From positions 39,680,001-39,744,000 of the forward strand of contig NC_083283.1 of the NCBI RefSeq assembly GCF_963506605.1: a stretch of DNA of 64,000 bases, written 5' to 3'. Origin of the DNA: Zootoca vivipara. Lineage: Eukaryota. The notes beneath the pieces were generated by a model. That model was given only the letters and a program-made list of their open reading frames with translations, searched no databases and was not told where the DNA came from. Made by a program: the position numbers and the translations under genes. Below are positions 35,850 through 49,755 of this stretch, piece by piece. Each line of letters starts with the position of its first letter. Within the stretch, counting starts at the first letter, position 1.

Positions 35850-38215
35850 CTCTAGCCAGTACTTTGTAGGGTTTCTTTTCATCTCACTGTATGATCCCAC
35901 CCCATCTGAGATCAGGTCAGGAATATGATGACGCCTTGGTATCGCAAAGCTAATCAAATATGGTTACGTGGCAAAGGCATTAAGAGCGAACACAGCAAAT
36001 GGTTGGCCTCAGCCAGAATGGAGAGGGAGGAAAACACATCTTGAGAGGAATGGGGATGGGAGGAAATGCATCCCGGTTGCCAAGGCAACAGGGCTGATAC
36101 ACCTTGATTTACCACAGTGAGTAGTAGGATCAACTGCAGGAGCTCCAGGCCTCTCTGTCTGATCCTTGGGACTCTTCCCAGGCCACCACAACACTCCTTG
36201 AGTGTTTTTGCCTGATTGAAATGTGCCCTTGAATTCTGATGATGCCTTTTATTTTACTTTTTGAATTTATACACTGCCCTGTACCCACCTTAAGCATTAG
36301 AGACTGTATGTCGAAGCCAGTCTAATGTGCAAATGTAACAATTGTGTTCCTTGCTCCTCTTGGCCTCACCTAGCACTGGGAGGTGTCCCAGGAGGAAATG
36401 TGGCCCTTGGGCTGAAAAAGGTTTAAGAGCCCTGGCCCTGCTGCTCTTCCTCCTTGCCTTCATCTCTGTGAGTGAGTGAGCAGTGGTGGGAGCAAGGCGA
36501 AGGAGTAGCAGCCAACATTTGCCTTGATTCATTGGGAGTCCGCGACATCTGGAGGGCACCATGTTGCCTTTTTCTATGTTAAATAATGTGGGAGGGGAGA
36601 CAGAGAAAAGGTGCTGCATCTCCAGTTACTGCTGAAATGCAACACCAAGACCCAGAGCTCTCATGCGCTGGCATTCTCTTTTCCAGACGTCTGGCAGCCA
36701 AAAGTAATGCAGTATTCTATGTACAATTGGGGATGTTGCTATGGAATTCTACCCCTCACAACTTTACTTACACCTGTGAGGTCTTAATCAACACAGTATC
36801 TTAGACAGTGTCTGCTTGTGTGGCCAGTCAAGTATTAAAAAGTAAGCATAATTTTGTACATTTACATACTGTAATTTCACAGCTCATTGTATCATTTAGC
36901 AGAGATTAATTCTGATGCATTCAACAGGATTATTGCATTATCCTAAGAGCATCGCACGTTCTCCCAGTAATATATTGATTTGCCAGGACTTCTAGACAGT
37001 GGGGTGTTGTTCCCTGGTGGTCTTTGCCACTTGACTTACCTAATGTACTTCATGCACTCTGCTATGTGCCACCTTCGGTAATCGTAAATAAAATGACGAA
37101 AATTGGATTTTGCAAGCCTTTCATCACCATATGTAAACAGAAATTATCTGAGATTTGTATTATGAATGTATTTCATTAACATAATTGCACTCTATAATAA
37201 AGTGATTTCTTTCTATTACAGGCCTTATTGTCTCTGGCACATGAAACTATTCTGTTGTAATTGTTTGTCTATGGCCTTTCATTGCAATCCTCTTATACTG
37301 TATAGTTATACACAGTGGTGCCCCTGCACTGATGAAGATGTCTGGATATGGGCTAGGGAGAGGGGCAATACTCAACACAGACCCCAAGTCTACTCCAGAA
37401 GGTCGAGGGACACTGTGGGGCAGATTTGAAGAGGCACAGAGGGCTGCAAGGAGGAGGAGGAATCACAAAAGAACCCCATCCTGCTCTGCTGATTGTTGCC
37501 TTCTCATAGGGTGACACGAGTGGATATCCCCTAATGTGTTTATCGGCATAAGGATGATCTGTCTGCTATTAAAATATGCAGCACTATGAGGCTGATGCTT
37601 TGGTGAATCATGTCTCCATGACTGGCAGAGGTCTGCACTATCAGCACCTTTCCTCTGTTCTGTCTTGTTTTTATTGAATTTGAGACAAGCCTCTTGCTCT
37701 ACAATGAACACAACAAAGTGGTTTAACCCTGTGCAGCTGGAAAGTCATGCCTGTACAATTATTTCTAGGAAGGGAGCAGATTGACGATGATTTGTGTCTG
37801 ATGATTCATAAGATTTACCAGCGGCCAACTCCAACAACATGAGATAAAAACAAGGGCATATTCTTATGTCACGGGCTGTGAAATAAGTAATGCTAGCATT
37901 TCAGTATGATACAAAGCTGGACCCATAGCAGAAGCAAACACAAGGGAGGACAGAATGCAGAGTTGTGTCCACATAATCTGCAATGTAGACGTGCACATGT
38001 AAAGTTTTCAAATCATAGGTCACCTGCTCAGAGAAAAATTGATGCTGGGGTATTCCCTATTCATCTTTGGAATGCCCTCACTATTGAGATATGCCTGATG
38101 CAAACATTGATTACCTTTCAACACTGGTTAAATACCTCTTTTGTCTTTGCTAAGGCTTTGTAGGAGGCTGGTGTAATTAGGCCAATTGCTATCTTATTTA
38201 TTAATCAACATTGCA

Positions 38216-38249
<34 letters not shown>

Positions 38250-38799
38250 GTGGGAAATGTAGCAGCATTCCTGCTTAAGGTCTCAGCTAAATGCCAAATG
38301 GTCATGTCACCCAATTCCACATTTCTGGAGAACCTATGTAGCCACCCTAAATCTTCCCATACAGCTTTCACTTTTTCCCTTTTCAGTGGTGTTTGGTCAT
38401 TTAGGAACCAAAAGGGCTAGGCGTTTACTCAGAATGACTGCATGCATTTGATAGGGGGATTATCAAAGCTTTTCTGTGGGGGCATTATGTAGATGGATCC
38501 CGTGTGGGTTGGTGCCACAAGCAGAATGCAGATGTGCCTCAGACCATGGATGTCAATAAAAGGAAAAAAATCAGATCACTCAAGCAAATGCATCAGATTC
38601 AACACTAAATGGGAATGCACCATATACCCAATCCTTTCCTGCTGAATCAGTCCAGATGCCTATGCAGATTAGCATCCTGCTTCCTCCAGCAGCCAGCTAA
38701 AATGCCTGTAAGAAGCCCATGAGCAGGACGTAACCACATTGAGTCTTGGGCTTTCGTGAGGCAATTATTGCACCTTTCCCCAAAAGCTTTCGTCATGTT

Positions 38800-39390
38800 T
38801 CATAGAAGCACAGAATCATAGAATTGTAGAGTTGGAAGGGACCCTAAGGGCCATCTAGTCCAACCTCCTGCAATACAGGAATATCAAGTTAAGTACCCAT
38901 GGCAGGTGGCTATCCAACCTTTGCTTAAAATCCTCCAATGAAGAGAGCCTGCCACTTTCTGAGTGAGTCTTAAAATTCTTCCCAATGTTTAGTTGGGCTC
39001 TTACCATATTTTTCGCTTCATAAGACGCACCTTTTCCCTCCCCAAAAGGAGGGGGGAGTCTGTACGTCCTATGGAGTGAATGCAAGAGCCAGAGCCCGTG
39101 CAGAGCCAGAGCCCTGCCAAAAGCCAGAGCCGGCACCAGAGCCACATCTAGGACAATTAAAGAAAGCAAAATATTTTTTTCTTGTTTCCTCCTCTAAAAA
39201 ACTAGGTGCATCCTATGGTCAGGTGCGTCCTATGGAGTGGAAAATACAGTACATCTTTTTCACATGTGCTGCTGGAAAGCCAGATGTTCCCCATCTTATA
39301 TTTATGCAGCTGGTTCTTCCTGCCTAACTGTAGGACCTTACATTTGTCCCTATTAAAATTCATTTTGTTAGTTGTGCCCCAGTTCTTCAA
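38800..39390 (-). mobile_element. CR1 LINE fragments (3' end and RT piece) split by a MITE
   Basis: (ATTCTATG)n-type tail; peptides LEDFKQRLDSHL and NKMNFNRDKCKVLQLG. Confidence 0.8.
39004..39249. mobile_element. Tc2/pogo-like MITE
   Basis: TIRs ccatatttttcgcttcataagacgcacc / ggtgcgtcctatggagtggaaaatacag, TA on both sides, internal agagcc repeats. Confidence 0.8.
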
Positions 39391-42300
39391 ACTTAATGAA
39401 CCTCAATTCCTTTTGCATATCACAATAAAAACTCTGGCTATTTTTCCACAAATGACTGAAGGCCCTCAATCCCAAAGTCAAAACTATTCTGTTTTAGCAG
39501 AAGGGATTTCTCGAGAATTTCTCAAGAAAAAGACATGAATAATAAACCATTATTCTGTTTTTTCTCTCATAAAGACACACATTTCTTGATTATATTTTCA
39601 TTTTCTTTCTGTGTCCTCATGTTAAGGGAATACTGTAAAGCATTCTTGTTTCTCATTTATTTTAAATATATGTACAGGGTAGAAAAATGATTTTTTCACA
39701 CCTCAAACATGCTGACAGCCTGATAAGCAAAGTTTCATTTGCATGTAAATATCATTTAGCAACATTAAGTCATTGCCTAGCCATACTGGCTTACATGTAC
39801 CAGTACCTATTTCCTGTTACTGGAACAAAAAAAATACCGTATTAGTATTAGATTGAGTGGAAGGGAAGCTCCCTCATTGTTTCTATTTAAAGAAAATATA
39901 TTGTTGTTGTTGCATATATATATATATACCAACAACAACAATATTTTATCCACATTTAATGGAAAAGCACAGTCAGTAACTAGAAACACTGAACAATGCT
40001 GGATGACTGGATAAGCAGGAGTATTTCAGCTTGTTCAATTTTCCACATTCATAGACACCTGCAAACAGATTTTAATTTAGGCAAAAGTAATCGTCATTGA
40101 TCCAGCTAAGAAGACTGTGGATGTAATATATTGTCAATTCATATTTGGATATGGAAAGTCCATTCAAAGTGTTAAAGAGATATTCAGGTTGTGCAAGTGT
40201 TGAATACGTTTTGGGGGTAATAGATTTACTCTGAATACTTCTCTTGTTTGAGAAGTAGACCATACAACGTGCAAATTACACCATAAAATTATCAACATTC
40301 CACTCTTACATTAATATGTGAATTACATACAAGATCTAATTGTAAAGGATGCAAAATGGCCATTCAAACTTGAGTGTCCTGTAGCCCCGGACAACTCTGG
40401 AGAAAGCAAACTGAAGTCCTTAGGTATTCTGCAAAGAAATGGTAGAGTTTTTATGAACTATCTCCAGTAGTTCTGCTATGAATGCTTTGAGTGCTTATGT
40501 TGGACCACTGTATTAAGAAAAATAATTACCACCTCTCACACCTGTCTGTGCATTAAAGACAGTAGGGAGGAGGAAGAAAATAAATAAGAAAAAATATTGT
40601 TGAGTGGAATCTCTGCATTTGGATCCACTTCAAATCTGATGCTGGATGTTATAGCATAAATAACAATAAAACAAAAAAGGCTACTACAGTGACAATATCA
40701 TTTTCAACACTATCATCTTGTCTGTTCAAGGTGGGTCATGACATACAAATCATAAATCAGATTCTGCTTCATGAATAAACCTATAATCCATAAAACCTGT
40801 AATTTTGTGTTCTGAAGTGACAGCCTTCATTATTTGTACCTTGGCAGAAATCCATCCTTCTTGTTCATTCACTAGTCAACATTTGTTTTTGCTTCCACGT
40901 GCTATGAGGAAAAGTATAATGATATGATTTTTATCTGCATCGTTTTTATCCCTACAACACCACCAGTCTCTTTGTAGAATTGTAGAGTTGGAAGAGACCA
41001 TGATGGTCATCTAGTCCAACCCCTGGAATGGACCAGGCACCCAATTTTGGTATCACACAGGGCGCTGCCAAAATTTGAAACTCCAAGGTGCACCACTGCA
41101 TAATCAAACCTGGCAGACTGTGGAGGGGACACCTGGTGAAGGGGATAGAATCACGAAAGATCATTGCAACTCTGCCTCCTGCCCCCACATCTCACCTGCT
41201 GCTGCACCAGGCAGACAGAGCCAAGAGACACATACAAAGCTTCATCCAGCCAGGTATCTGTAATGAAAGCCATGCTAGAACACTCATCCAGGATCAAGCC
41301 CTGGATTTTTGTTGTTTTTCATTCACCATTCACAGGCACTATTTCACCATTCACAGGCACTATTTTCAACACAGGGAGCCCGTCACCATGGCTATCCAGG
41401 TTATTTGAGCTTGGGTGTGTGTGTGACAGTTTGAGGGCAACCAACACCCTGTAGCTCTCCTCTCTCCCATGATGATACAACTGTCTTTCCACCTCTGTAT
41501 CACCACCTGCCCCTTACAATTCCTTACAACAGGCTGCTCCCTGTTTCTCTTCATCTACCCCGCTCTTAGGATAAGACATCCCCCCTTTAGCCACAGAAAT
41601 CACTGTTCCACCACAACCCCTGCTCCATGAGCAGGCGGGACTAGTGCCACCCTGAAATGAACCCCCCAAAGGGTAGAGCACCTTTAGTGTCCCCTCCTTA
41701 ATGGTGTCCCCAGGAATGGCTGCCCTACCCTTACGGGAGTCCAGCCTTTATCTCTCTTTCCCTGGGTATGGTAACAGGCAAAGTGCAAGAAGATGCTAAC
41801 TCAGCAACGAGGTAATCTTGTCAGGCTAACATCCCAGTGGTGAGCTCATTATTGCATATTGATTATATTTCCAGACAGTTGGCTGAAAAATCTTCAGAAA
41901 CCATGAATCAAAATACATAGATCCGTTTTCTGGACAGCTTGTTACAGTTTCTAGCAGCCAAGATTGACCACCTCTCCCCAGTCTCCTTTTCTCTCTCTCT
42001 TTGATTAAGGCCTTTTTTACTTTAACTGATCCATTCAACTCCCCACAACTTATACATACTTTTCCTGCAAAAGTAACTTTCTTCGAAGGACCAATTCATC
42101 AAAATAAGATACAGTCAGCACTTTCCTTCAGTCTAGTGATGAGGGCTAATCTACTTCCGAACCTCCGTTGAAGATTATGATGTTCACCATGGCGGATAAA
42201 GAATTAAACTAAAGAGGTTCAGTCAGATAGGGAGTTTTTCTTCCTCCCTCATCGTACTAGAACTTGGGACCATCAAATGAAACTGAATATTAGAAAACTG

Positions 42301-42447
42301 AGGACAGACACAACTCATTATTGACACAACAACATCCAACACCCTTTTAGAATATGGCTGGGGGGGGGTATTGGGTTACTGCTTTTGGTTTGATTTTATA
42401 TGTTGTGGTTTTATACCTCCAGATATAGGGCAGTGTATGAGTTGAAT

Positions 42448-42488
<41 letters not shown>
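42448..42488. repeat. (GTT)n microsatellite
   Basis: Direct reading. Confidence 0.95.
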
Positions 42489-42628
42489 ATTAAACTGTGG
42501 AATTTGCTACAATATGGAGGGATGACCGGTAACTTGGATAGCTTCAAAAGAGGTTAAGACAAAGTCATGGGCGAAAAGGCAATCAGTGGCACAATGGCTA
42601 TGTTCTACTCCACTATTGGCTCTGAATA

Positions 42629-43110
42629 TACATCACCTTGCTGACAAAGGTCCGTATAGTTAAAGCTATGGTTTTCCCAGTAGTGATGTATGGAAGTGAG
42701 AGCTGGACCATAAAGAAGGCTGATCGCCGAAGAATTGATGCTTTTGAATTATGGTGCTGGAGGAGACTCTTGAGAGTCCCATGGACTGCAAGATCATCAG
42801 ACCTATCCATTCTGAAGGAAATCAACCCTGAGTGCTCACTGGAAGGACAGAGCCTTAAGCTGAGGCTCCAATACTTTGGCCACCTCATGAGAAGAGAAGA
42901 CTCCCAGGAAAAGACCCTGATGTTGGGAAAGATTGAGGGCACAAGGAGAAGGGGACGACAGAGGACGAGATGGTTGGACAGTGTTCTCAAAGCCACCAAC
43001 ATGAGTCTGACCAAACTGCGGGAGGCAGTGGAAGACAGAAGTGCCTGGTGTGCTCTGGTCCATGGGGTCACGAAGAGTCGGACACAACTAAACGATTAAA
43101 CAACAACAAT
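42629..43110 (+). mobile_element. Bov-B 3' end nested in an older CR1 3' region (~42230-43250)
   Basis: ORF 42638-43099 is near-identical to the Bov-B C-terminus at 14.5 kb, with a (CAA)n tail. The flanks join into the CR1 3' UTR. Confidence 0.93.
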
Positions 43111-43884
43111 AAATTGCTGGGAATCACAAGCAAGGAGAGTGCCATTGCACTCAGATCCTGCCTGGGGGCTCCCCATAGGCATCTAGTTGGCAGCTGTGAA
43201 AATAGGGTGCTGAATTAGTTAGGTCTTTGGCTTGATTCAGCAGGTCTCAAGAACATAACTGGGGGGGTTAAGAACACCCATTCAGTTTCAAAAGAAGAGT
43301 ATCAAAGCAATGGACAGTGGGAAGACCTCTAAGAATGTGCTCCTGAAGAAATGTTCTGCCACTGTGGGGAAATATTAGCATGTCAAATATCCTTTTGCTG
43401 GAATTTTAAATTACTCTTTCCTGGTCTTCTCCCACACAGTGCTGAAAGCTTGCTACTACACACCAGACTGCTGCATTCTGTCTGCCAATGTCTTTCTAAC
43501 AAAGACAGCCCCACTTAAAGCAGCTTTGTTAAAAGCCATATAAATCTCCAGGGGCTTTTTATACTCTTGGAGTGATAGGTCCTGTCCAATTACTAGCCTT
43601 ACTAATAGGTCTAACTGATTATAGCATCTCGAGACATGACAAGCACTGGAACATACTGTAGCTGTAAGTAATGGCAGATACAGTGGGCAACCTGTCTAGA
43701 TAAGGAGCCGCAACTGCCTAAAATAGAAATGGTAGTGACAGGTAGCTTCATATCTAGACAGGGCAACCTTCGTGTTCACCTGTGTTGCAAATTGGTTGGA
43801 GGTTTCGAGAAGAACTTTGCTCAGTGGACATTTTTCAGTGAACCAACCTCATCTGCATCCCCCAGTCAAACACATGGACTAGAG

Positions 43885-44122
43885 TAGGGCTGCCATACGT
43901 CCGGAATTTCCTGGACATAGCTGGAATAAGACAGTCGGAAACAGTTTCTGGGCAGAAATCGCTGAAATGTCCAGGGAAATATGTCAGAGGTCTATGTTTT
44001 GGTGAGATTTTGCAAAAAAAAAAAAAAAAAGCTTTCCCCGCCCCACAAAGAAAAATCTCAACAACTTTGCCAAAAAACACTCAAGTGTCCAGACTTTAAC
44101 TTTTTGAAATATGGCAACCCTG
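43885..44122. mobile_element. hAT (Blackjack-like) MITE
   Basis: TIRs tagggctgccata / tatggcaaccctg, partial TSD gactagag/cattagag. Confidence 0.7.
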
Positions 44123-44246
44123 CATTAGAGTGTAATGATGCTTCAGAGTTCACACTACTCCAAATTTTGCGACACCAAAACCTAAGAATGTTCTAATGGA
44201 ATGACAATATTAGGTTGGTTCTATTTTATTTAGAACACAAAATAAT

Positions 44247-44372
44247 TCATAGAATCATAGAACCGTAAAACTGGTCCAACCTCCTGAAATGCAGGAATCT
44301 TCTGCCCAACAAAGAGGTCAAACAAACCCATGACCCTGAAATTAAGACTCTCCTGCTCTACGGACAGAGGCC
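44247..44372 (-). mobile_element. tRNA-Lys-derived SINE with CR1 tail
   Basis: Minus strand reads gtagagcaggagagtcttaatttcagggtcatgggtt then ttcctgcatttcaggaggttggac...ttctatgattctatg. Confidence 0.7.
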
Positions 44373-44835
44373 AGAATAAAAAGCCTGGTGTGTTTTTTTT
44401 AATTCTATTTTTCAGCTCAGTGTACAAATTTTCACACCCATATTGGAATTAATTTGTTTCTGGCTGCAATTCAAAATGCTGACCTACCAAGCCTAATTGA
44501 CCTGGCATTAAAATACCATGTTTCCCCATACAATTCTGCCTGGATTTTAAGAGAGAGGCTCTTCTTTCCGTCTGTATGTCTTGAGGGCATTTGGGAGAAA
44601 CTCAAAAGATTATCTTCTTTAAATCCTTGCTAAAGGAGGGACATCTAGCCCCGTCTCTGATGTCCTCGCACCAGCAGTCAATGATTTAGTTAGGGCCTTG
44701 GCCCATTATCTGACTTAATACGTATAGCCATGGTAAATATGATGTGATTGGTTTAATTGGTTCTTTTTATCATGGTTGTTTTTATTCTGTTTTATTTTTT
44801 ATTTGCCTTTTTAATACGTGTGTGTGTTATGTAAT

Positions 44836-44842
44836 ACACACA

Positions 44843-44916
<74 letters not shown>

Positions 44917-45041
44917 TTTTTCTGAGGGTACGCATACCCCTAAACATTTTGTGAATCTAAGTTTGGCCTCATTGAGAGGCAATATTTCAATATGAGTAGG
45001 AAAATGAATGTACCCCTAAACATTTTTTAGAAAAAAGCACG

Positions 45042-45111
<70 letters not shown>
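44836..45111. repeat. Two compound microsatellites, (CA)n(GA)n and (GT)n(GA)n, flanking a hAT MITE remnant
   Basis: Direct reading. Confidence 0.9.
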
Positions 45112-45114
<3 letters not shown>

Positions 45115-48064
45115 TATATTTTCTTTCTGTTATCTGCCTAGGGCATTATTTGGTGAGAAAGCAGGGTACAAATTTAATACACCAACTAAATAAGAAAATG
45201 TTTCATATGCAATGACTGAAAAAAAGTTCAAAGTAGTTTTGGGCCCACAAACAAGGCAATGTTGTGCTTTAAACTGCCACTCTTTAATCCAGAGAAGGGG
45301 CATATGGCCCCCCAGAGGCTGCTGAACTCCAATTCATGTCACCCCAGCTGACACGAATCAGGTCAGTGATCAGGGATGATGCAACATGCTCTAGTCCAAC
45401 AACATCTGGAGGGACACAGGTTCCCCATCCCTGCTTTAAACTAACTCAAAAGTCTATTGATTCAATATGTCTGCTCTGAATACAGTATGTCGAATGTTGG
45501 ATATTACCCTTCATGTCCAGTTTCTGGTTTTTTAAAATCTTTAATTTTATGATGGGGTAGGAAGCCTCCAGTCCACGAGTCCTCCATCTGGCTCCTGAGA
45601 CTCTGCCAAGGCTATATCCTCCTCCACCACCTGCTCTCCTCCACACCCTCAAGTGCTTTTGCTTGGAACATTTACTTGAACTGTGATTATGCTTCTTGCT
45701 TAACTGGAGGTACAGATGGGCAGGGCACTGAAATCTCTGGCCCAGCCACCACTGGCATGCAAAGCCTGTAAGGTTTCTACAAGGGAATGCATTCATTGTG
45801 CTGAACAGGGGCCCCACACACCCACGTTTTACAGTGTGCTTCTCTCAGCTATCTGAGTGGTGGGCTATAAACCTTTTAAATATTAGACAAGCACACAAAT
45901 AAATCACTGCTGAGGTGCACCTAGAATTGTGAGGCCTGAAGATATTGTGATGATGCCTTCCCAAGTATTGTAATTGGCTGTGGACTCTATGAAGTCACAG
46001 AAGCACATGGCAGTTGAGTGGACATAAGGGTGGGCCAAGGGAAAAGTAAGTGGAATAAGATCCTCTTTCCCAACAAAACACTGCAGGAAACAGCTGAGAC
46101 ATGTCACATTGCCTGGTCTTGTCCAGGTGAAGGAGGTGAATTGTTGAAAGGAAGGAGACGGTCTTCTGGCTTCATGATGCTATTGATCAATAATAAGGCA
46201 AGTTCGCTTGCTGAGTGGAATCACAGCTTGAAGGTCTCTGATATCCATGGTCAGAAGCTGGCTGATGTCTAGTGAAGCTGGCAGATGCTGGTGGGCAGAA
46301 ATTGGTGGAGTTTGCATTCAGAAGCCAATGGATGCTGTAAGACTGAAGCAACTCAATATTTGCAGATGTATGTTGGTTTAAGTTCACCTTTGGAAGCTCG
46401 TTGACAGAAGCCAGTGGATATTTGTAGGTTGAAGCCAGGGCACCGAATGCGAATGAATGGAGAGTGAAAGATGAGTGAATGTATCTGTTGGCATTCTTCA
46501 AGGATGTTGGCTGGCCTATGTTTGTGTGTGTGAAAAGGAAGTTGTGAATGAATAGAGAGTGAATGATGGGAGCGAATTTGTCTGCTGAATGTTGGCTGGC
46601 ATATGTTTATGTAAATGAATGCAAGGGTTTGAATGAATGGTGGGTGAATGATGAGCGAATGTGTCAGCTTGTATATTTTTGTGTATGCAAGTGAGAGGTT
46701 TTGAATGTGGTCAAGGTAAATGGGGTAGGTGGGTGTTTAATTATGTGATGTGCCAAAGGAAACTGGTGGATATTAATGAATAGATGAAACCCATGGAAGT
46801 TGGCAGGTTGACGTTAGTGAATGAAGTTGCCAGGCAAAAACCAGTGGAAGTGGATGATAGCCATTCCACTCATTGTCCCTGTGTTTGTTCTTCTAGGGAT
46901 GTCTGAAGCCACCGAGGTTTTCTCAAAACCACACATGAAAGCAATAAAGAGAACTGCAGGGCTTAAGCAAGCCAGTTTTTAATTTCTTAAAAAAAGGTCT
47001 TTTGAGTTTTATGGTGTTCCCCCTCAGTATCAGTAGACATGAAAAGTGGGCAAGGTGAGAAATAAATAATAATCACTGCTGAGATGCCCCCACAATAGTC
47101 AGGCCGCGGGGAAGTTGTGATGATGCCTCCACAACTGTTGTTATGGGCTGCAGACAACCTGTTTCGACCCACTGATACTAATTAACTCCATGTCACTATT
47201 TGTTAAGTGAGGAATGTTACAGTACATTTAAACCTAGGAATCCAAAGGCAACTCTTAATGAATAATTTTGACTAGACTCAAATTAAACTGGAATCTGTGG
47301 AGACTCAACAAAGATAAATTTGGTGAGGAGATTCATCTCAGACATACATCTTCAGGCGATATATATTATTCTGCCATAATGAAAGTGAATTCAGTCCATC
47401 TGCTCATTTTATAAACCTCCTCAACACGGAGCTGACAGGCCATATAATGCCTGCCAAGCCTCTTTGTCTGGGCAACTATCAGACGTACAGGATAGATTAT
47501 AGCCCTGGAAGAGCAAGACAAGCGCCAAGGCTGGCCTGCCTATTTACTTAAACATCAGTATAGACGCTCATTCTGTCCAAGTACGAAAGTAATGCCAGAG
47601 CCATCTATATTTTTTTAATTTGTGAGAACATCTTGTGCCACAAAAAACAATAATTTAACTTAGCCTGCTTCTCTGAGGAAAGTTAAAAGGTACATGGGTA
47701 ATAGTGCATACCTAATTGAAATGGAGGCACTAACAGCTTCATCTTCAACATAATGCCTGCAATGTTCATGCCACACCATATTTTGAGATGTTCTGTTGGC
47801 TACGCATTAGGTGATATACTCTACTCTCATGCTGCAAACTATTTTTGCTTACTTAGGAATAAGATCCATTGAGATCCACAGGGGGCACTTCCAAGGAAGC
47901 ATGTGATTATAGCTGCCGCATGCAATCCTTTGTTATCCATGATGGCTGGTTGACTCATTACTGGGAGCTAATGATTAGAAGTTGATCTCCTTCCCTTTGT
48001 TTGTTTGTTTGTTTGTTTGTTCATTTATGGCTCACTTTCTATGAAGCATCTCAAAGCAAATTCA

Positions 48065-49072
48065 TAGAATCATAGAATTGGAAGATACCACAAGGACCAT
48101 CCAGTCCAACCCCCTGCCAAGCAGGAAACACCATCAAAGCATTCTTGACATATGCCTGCCAAGCCTCTGCTTAAAGACCTCCAAAGAAGGAGACTCCACC
48201 ACACTTCTTGGCAGCAAATTCCACTGTCGAACAGCTCTTACTGTCAGGAAGTTCTTCCTAATGTTTAGGTGGAATCTTCTTTCTTGTAGTTTGAATCCAT
48301 TGCTCCATGTCTGCTTCTCTAGAGCAGCAGAAAACAACCTTTCACCACATGGCTATCATATCACCCCTTAACCTTCTCTTCTCCAGGCTAAACATGCCCA
48401 GCTCCCTAAGCCGTTCCTCATAAGGCATTGTTTCCAGGCCTTTGACCATTTTGGTTGCCCTCCTCCGGACACGTCCCAGCTTGTCAGTATCCTTCTTGAA
48501 CTGTGGTGCCCAGAACTGGACACAGTACTCCAGGTGAGGTCTGCCCAGAGCAGAATACAGTGGCATTATTACTTCCCTAGATCTAGATGCTATACTCCTA
48601 TTGATGCAGCCCAGAATTGCATTGGCTTTTTTAGCTGCTGCATCACACTGCTGACTCATGTCAAGTTTGTGGTGTACTAAGACTCCTAGATCCTTTTCAC
48701 ATGTACTGCTCTCAAGCCAGGTGTCTCCCATCCTGTATTTGTGCCTTTCATTATTATTTTTTGCCCAAGTGTGGTACTTTACATTTCTCCTTGTTAAAAT
48801 TCATCTTGTTTGCTTTGGCCCAGTTGTCTAATCTGTTAAGGTCATTTTGAAGTGTGATCCTGTCCTCTGGGGTATTAGCCACCCCTCCCAATTTGGTGTC
48901 ATCTGCAAACTTGCTCAGGATGCCCTCAGGCCCATCATCCAAGTCATTGATAAAGATGTTGAATAAGACTGGGCCCAAGACAGAACCCTGTGGCACCCCA
49001 CTAGTCAATTTTCTCCAGGATGAGGAGAAGCCATTGATGAGTACCCTTTGGGTTCAGTCAGTCAGCCAGTTA
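48065..49072 (-). mobile_element. 5'-truncated CR1 LINE (RT and C-terminus)
   Basis: [36 protein letters not shown]; (ATTCTATG)n tail; caaattca repeated at 48057-48064 and 49073-49080 (probable TSD). Confidence 0.95.
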
Positions 49073-49299
49073 CAAATTCACAATAGAGGACAACAAAACA
49101 CATATAAACAAATGTCACATATAAAAACAAATTCAAACCCAAGTCCACAGATACCGACTGGGAACCTCTTTGTGTTTTTGAATGAGTTACCCATCAGAGT
49201 CTGGGTAAGGTGACAGGAGAGAGGAGAAATCAAGAGAGCAGACAAACATGTTGTTAAACATCTACAGAAAGTTACTGAGTGAGTAGTCCAAGGTCTTAG

Positions 49300-49755
49300 A
49301 GGTGTTTTTCATTAGGGTGATGACACCCAACTCTATCCTTTCATCTGACTCAGATGAGGCTGTGGGGTTGCTGAACCATTGCCTGGAAGGAATAAGTAAT
49401 GGGCTGGATGGAGGACAATAAGGTGTACCTCAATCCATAGAAGACAAAGATGCAATTGGCCTGTCTTCCCTGGGAGCGGCATTCAACTCATTCTGGGTGG
49501 AATAACATCCCTCCTAATCAAGTTTGCAACCTGAGGGTACTGTTAGATACTTATATTTGTAAGGCCAACTAATTCCCATGGCACAAAGTGGCATTTGACC
49601 AGCTGAGGCTTGTGTAGCAGCAGCAGCCCCTCCTGGACAGATACAACTGGTCAGTCATCTACTCTTTGGAAACACCTTGTTTGGATTACTGCAAAGCATT
49701 GTGCATAGGGTTATCTTTGAAGGCTCTTTAAAAATTGTAGTTGGTCCACAATACA
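49300..49755 (+). mobile_element. Old L2 RT fragment
   Basis: Decayed DDTQLY, WMEDNKxxLNPxKT and LDYCKALCIGL motifs. Confidence 0.65.

Noticed and set aside
41321-41365. Direct repeat ttcaccattcacaggcactat x2 as a CRISPR-like array
   Set aside because: Two adjacent copies with no spacer: a simple tandem duplication in eukaryotic DNA.
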